A DNA stretch of 64,000 nucleotides from contig CAWDLW010000027.1 of the NCBI GenBank assembly GCA_963803145.1, forward strand, positions 83,786 through 147,785. The letters run 5' to 3'. Shown here piece by piece: positions 60,953 to 64,000 of the stretch (position 1 is its first letter; each line of letters begins with the position of its first letter). The position numbers were made by a program, and so were the translations under genes. The stretch is from Methanotrichaceae archaeon (GTDB taxonomy: Archaea; Halobacteriota; Methanosarcinia; Methanotrichales; Methanotrichaceae). The notes beneath the pieces were generated by a model, which worked only from the letters and a program-made list of their open reading frames with translations, ran no database searches and had not been told where the DNA came from.

Positions 60953-61450
60953 GGTACGACAGCTTTACCTATACTCAGACAGGCTTTTCCCTGAAACCTG
61001 GAAAACTCTGGCTCTCAAAGATAGGCGATATCAAAATCAAGCTACATCGAGCTATCCTCGGAGAAATTCAGAGGCTTAACATCAGGAGGATGCCAACAGG
61101 GAAATGGTTTGTCTCCTTCTTTGTGAAAGTTGAACCGGACGAACCTCTTCCAAAGACTGGATTATCGATAGGCGTTGACGTTGGTCTGAAAAGCTTCATC
61201 ACTCTATCTAACGGAGAATATATCAATAATCCAAGGTTCTTTGTTCATGAAGAAAAGGCCCTGGCAAAGGCTCAAAGGGAGCTATCCAGGGCGGAAAAAG
61301 GAACGCCCGAAAAAGCAAGAGCCTTGAAAGTGGTTCATAGGGTTCATGAAAGAATCACCAATAAAAGGGATGACTTTGTTCAAAAGCTATCCTTGAAACT
61401 TGTGAAATCATACGACCTGATTGCCTTTGAAGATCTGAATATCAAGGGCA
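60953..61450 (+). mobile_element. tnpB: Internal fragment of an IS200/IS605 tnpB gene
   Basis: YDSFTY.Q.GF...LSKIG.IKI.LHR...GKWFV...IGVDVGLKSF...NPRF...L.KAQR.LSR...I.FEDLNIKGM. It has no N-terminus, zinc finger or RuvC-III. Confidence 0.88.
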
Positions 61451-61526
61451 TGAGAAGAGAGCATCATAATCATATTCGTAATAATCTATTTAGCTTCTCC
61501 TGATTCTTTATGACAAAGGTGAGCCT

Positions 61527-62192
61527 TTGAAGCCTTTCGTCTTCATCAACAGCGCAATGAGTGCTGATGGAAAAATAAGCACATTTGCCCGCGAGCAAGT
61601 GAGAATATCAGGCCCCCAGGACAAGTCTCGGGTTGATGCTCTTCGAGCAGGAAGCGATGCTATCATGGTGGGAATAGGAACGGTTCTGTCTGATGATCCG
61701 AGCCTTGTGGTAAAATCTGAAACTCTTCGAAGGTCGAGGATTGATAGAGGATTGCCTGAAAACCCGCTTAGAATCGTTGCTGACAGCATGGCAAGAACAC
61801 CGGCTGATGCGAAGGTTCTAGGAGACGGCTGCATAATCGCAATCTCGAAATCTTCTTCACCCAATAAGGTGGCCAATCTCTCGGGCAAATGCGAAATTAT
61901 GAAATGCGGAGAGACACAGGTCGACCTCGAAAAGCTGATGTCCGCGCTCTATATTAAGGGCGTAAGAAGGCTAATGGTCGAAGGGGGTGCTACCCTTAAC
62001 TGGTCGCTGATAATGGCCGGGCTTGTGGATGAGATTTATGTATATATCGGAAATATGCTTATCGGCGGCAAAGATGCGCCTACGTTAGTTGATGGCATTG
62101 GATTCTCTGAGAATTTTCCCAGGCTGAAGCTGACCGCTATCGAGAGAGTTGATGAAGGTGCGCTTCTCAAGTGGAGCATTACAAAGGTGTGA
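61527..62192 (+). CDS. arfC: 2,5-diamino-6-ribosylamino-4(3H)-pyrimidinone 5'-phosphate reductase
   Basis: AMSADGKI, DAIMVGIGTVL.DDP.L, LMVEGGATL and IGG.DAPT. Confidence 0.9.
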   Translation: MKPFVFINSAMSADGKISTFAREQVRISGPQDKSRVDALRAGSDAIMVGIGTVLSDDPSLVVKSETLRRSRIDRGLPENPLRIVADSMARTPADAKVLGDGCIIAISKSSSPNKVANLSGKCEIMKCGETQVDLEKLMSALYIKGVRRLMVEGGATLNWSLIMAGLVDEIYVYIGNMLIGGKDAPTLVDGIGFSENFPRLKLTAIERVDEGALLKWSITKV

Positions 62193-62342
62193 ACTTTCGT
62201 TTCCTTTGTGATCTTTGCGGTTGAATCTCGTTCGTCGGCAGCAATAAAACAAAATTAAATTGCCCCAAAGGTTACAAAGAGCACAAAAGCGTTCAAAACG
62301 CACAAGACCCTCATACCCCAAAGGAAATAGCGAGAAGCCGAT

Positions 62343-62795
62343 CTAATCACCATGAACTATAAGCACAGGCACCTTGGAGGCTCTGACTACCTTCTCGGCC
62401 ACGCTTCCGAGGAGGAATTTTTCAATTCCTGTTTTGCCGATGCTTCCCATAACTATGACATCCATTTTGGAATCCTCTGCCAGCTTTATGATGTCCTCAG
62501 CAGGACGGCCTTCAATTACCTTCGACTCAATTGGAACTCCAGCATTTTTCGCGATATCCTCGATACTCTTTAATGCAGTCTCGCCGCCTTTGATTATAGA
62601 GCTCCTTATGCTATCCATAACTCCGCTTGATAGATTGAAGCCTGCATCGCTAATAGGCACAAAATATCTTCCTTCATCCGCGACATAAATTGCCGTAACC
62701 TTTCCTTTAGATAGCTTCGCAAGCTCTATACCCATCTGAGCAGCATGTTCGCTATGCGTTGAGCCATCGGTGGCTATTAGAATGTTCTCAAACAT
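62343..62795 (-). CDS. Universal stress protein
   Basis: MFENILIATDGS...GKTGIEKFLLGSVAEKVVR. Confidence 0.92.
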   Translation of the reverse strand: MFENILIATDGSTHSEHAAQMGIELAKLSKGKVTAIYVADEGRYFVPISDAGFNLSSGVMDSIRSSIIKGGETALKSIEDIAKNAGVPIESKVIEGRPAEDIIKLAEDSKMDVIVMGSIGKTGIEKFLLGSVAEKVVRASKVPVLIVHGD

Positions 62796-62978
62796 AGACT
62801 TCACAGAATTAGTCCTATCCATACGGTAAATACTTTCTGGGTAGTCATAGAATCTGCCACAGATCCTTGAGTTGTCTTTATTCACGCAAATCGTTTCTAG
62901 TTCATATGAATAAATCGGTTAAACAGTGTATCTCGTGGCAAGCTTCAGAGTCACTTAAAATAAATGATGGGATAAGAT

Positions 62979-63944
62979 TCAGCTCTGGATCTCAAGGTTA
63001 AACGACTCCATCAATACATCTGGATTAACTTTGCCCGCAACAAGTGTCCGCCTGGAGTTCAGCTCGTTCATGACCACTTTGGCAGGCGCAAATACGTTGT
63101 GGTCCACCTTGAAGAAATCGAAGCCTGCAGCCTTAAAAGTCTTGTAGAATGGCGTTCCATAATCTCTTGAGGCAGCTGATGGCATGCTCTTTAGATACTG
63201 CTTCAGCTCATCGATATTATCATATTCTATTGTATAATATGTCTCTCCGCCATAAATTATAGAATCGTTCGATGAGCCCATGCACATTACTGCATCTCCG
63301 ACTATCGGAGAGATAGGCGCTCTTCCCCAGCCGCTCTTGATTGTATTAATATCGAAGCCTAGTGTGAACAGCTTGTGCAGTCCCGTTTCGACAACTCGCG
63401 CCGAGACCTGAACAAGTCCTGCAACCGAATCCGTAGGCGCGACTGCCAGCCTCAAATCTGCAGGATCTATACCGCACTGCTCTGCGATTTTTGCTGAAAC
63501 CGCGGCATCCGGCAGCTTGTTCGATTCGAGAACGAGCACTCCAACATCGGAGTATTCTTCTAACCCTATCTTCTCGTAAAGATCCTTTGTCTTTCTAGCG
63601 AGAACACGTGCTGGACCGCTTCCCATTGCGAAATATTTATCCGCCTTTATCTGCCACATGGCGCACTGCGATGCCATGCAGGCCACGACTGGATGATCGG
63701 TAGCTATCTGGATGCCGGGGAGCAGATTGCCCTTAATATCAGTGGGCGTGATCTGTACATCCGCTAGATCTGCCATGCAGAGGCGGCTTAAGTATATGCC
63801 TGCCCATAGCCCTCCTCTCGCCTCCACTCCGGCATCAACTACAACCGTTCCATTATCAAGCTCAGAGACATTGACATTTAGGTCATCTGCTAAGTCCAAC
63901 ATCTCCTCAAATACCTCGAATCCCATCTCGTTTATTCCCATCAA
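62979..63944 (-). CDS. mch: Methenyltetrahydromethanopterin cyclohydrolase
   Basis: DAGV...GG..AG, CMASQ, MGSGPAR, QVSARVVETG.HK and DF.KVD...FAPA. Confidence 0.96.
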   Translation of the reverse strand: MMGINEMGFEVFEEMLDLADDLNVNVSELDNGTVVVDAGVEARGGLWAGIYLSRLCMADLADVQITPTDIKGNLLPGIQIATDHPVVACMASQCAMWQIKADKYFAMGSGPARVLARKTKDLYEKIGLEEYSDVGVLVLESNKLPDAAVSAKIAEQCGIDPADLRLAVAPTDSVAGLVQVSARVVETGLHKLFTLGFDINTIKSGWGRAPISPIVGDAVMCMGSSNDSIIYGGETYYTIEYDNIDELKQYLKSMPSAASRDYGTPFYKTFKAAGFDFFKVDHNVFAPAKVVMNELNSRRTLVAGKVNPDVLMESFNLEIQS

Positions 63945-64000
63945 GCCAGGTCACCTTCCAGCCACAGAGCCAGGAGCCAATATAAATATGACGATGAGGA

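Noticed and set aside
61090-61503. Functional miniature TnpB/Cas12-like nuclease
   Set aside because: It lacks the N-terminal domains, zinc finger, last RuvC motif and right-end RNA region; its C-terminal residues come from host sequence.

Overview
Archaeal methanogen DNA, most likely Methanotrichaceae (Methanothrix-like). This is inferred from mch, the divergent pan/aMBF1 pair, AMP phosphorylase, ArfC, DUF1699, HisKA_2 PAS kinases and secreted TPR proteins. Bases 1-32 kb are largely accessory. They hold an RND(HAE3)/COG1361 pair and a secreted protein built from 56 in-register Cys-x-Thr-x-x-x hexapeptides. They also hold three complete IS elements (IS1634, IS66-like and IS630, each with visible ends) and a decaying island with a second Cys-rich secreted protein, a collagen-like protein and toxin-antitoxin remnants. 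Bases 32-39 kb and 58.5-64 kb are conserved core genes. Bases 41-55 kb form a metal/redox/stress cluster. The best candidate for something undescribed is the Cys-ladder protein at 9022-10221. A 498-bp internal tnpB fragment also appears to split the first codons off an amidohydrolase gene. I saw no rRNA, tRNA or CRISPR array. All product calls come from motif recognition by eye, not database searches.
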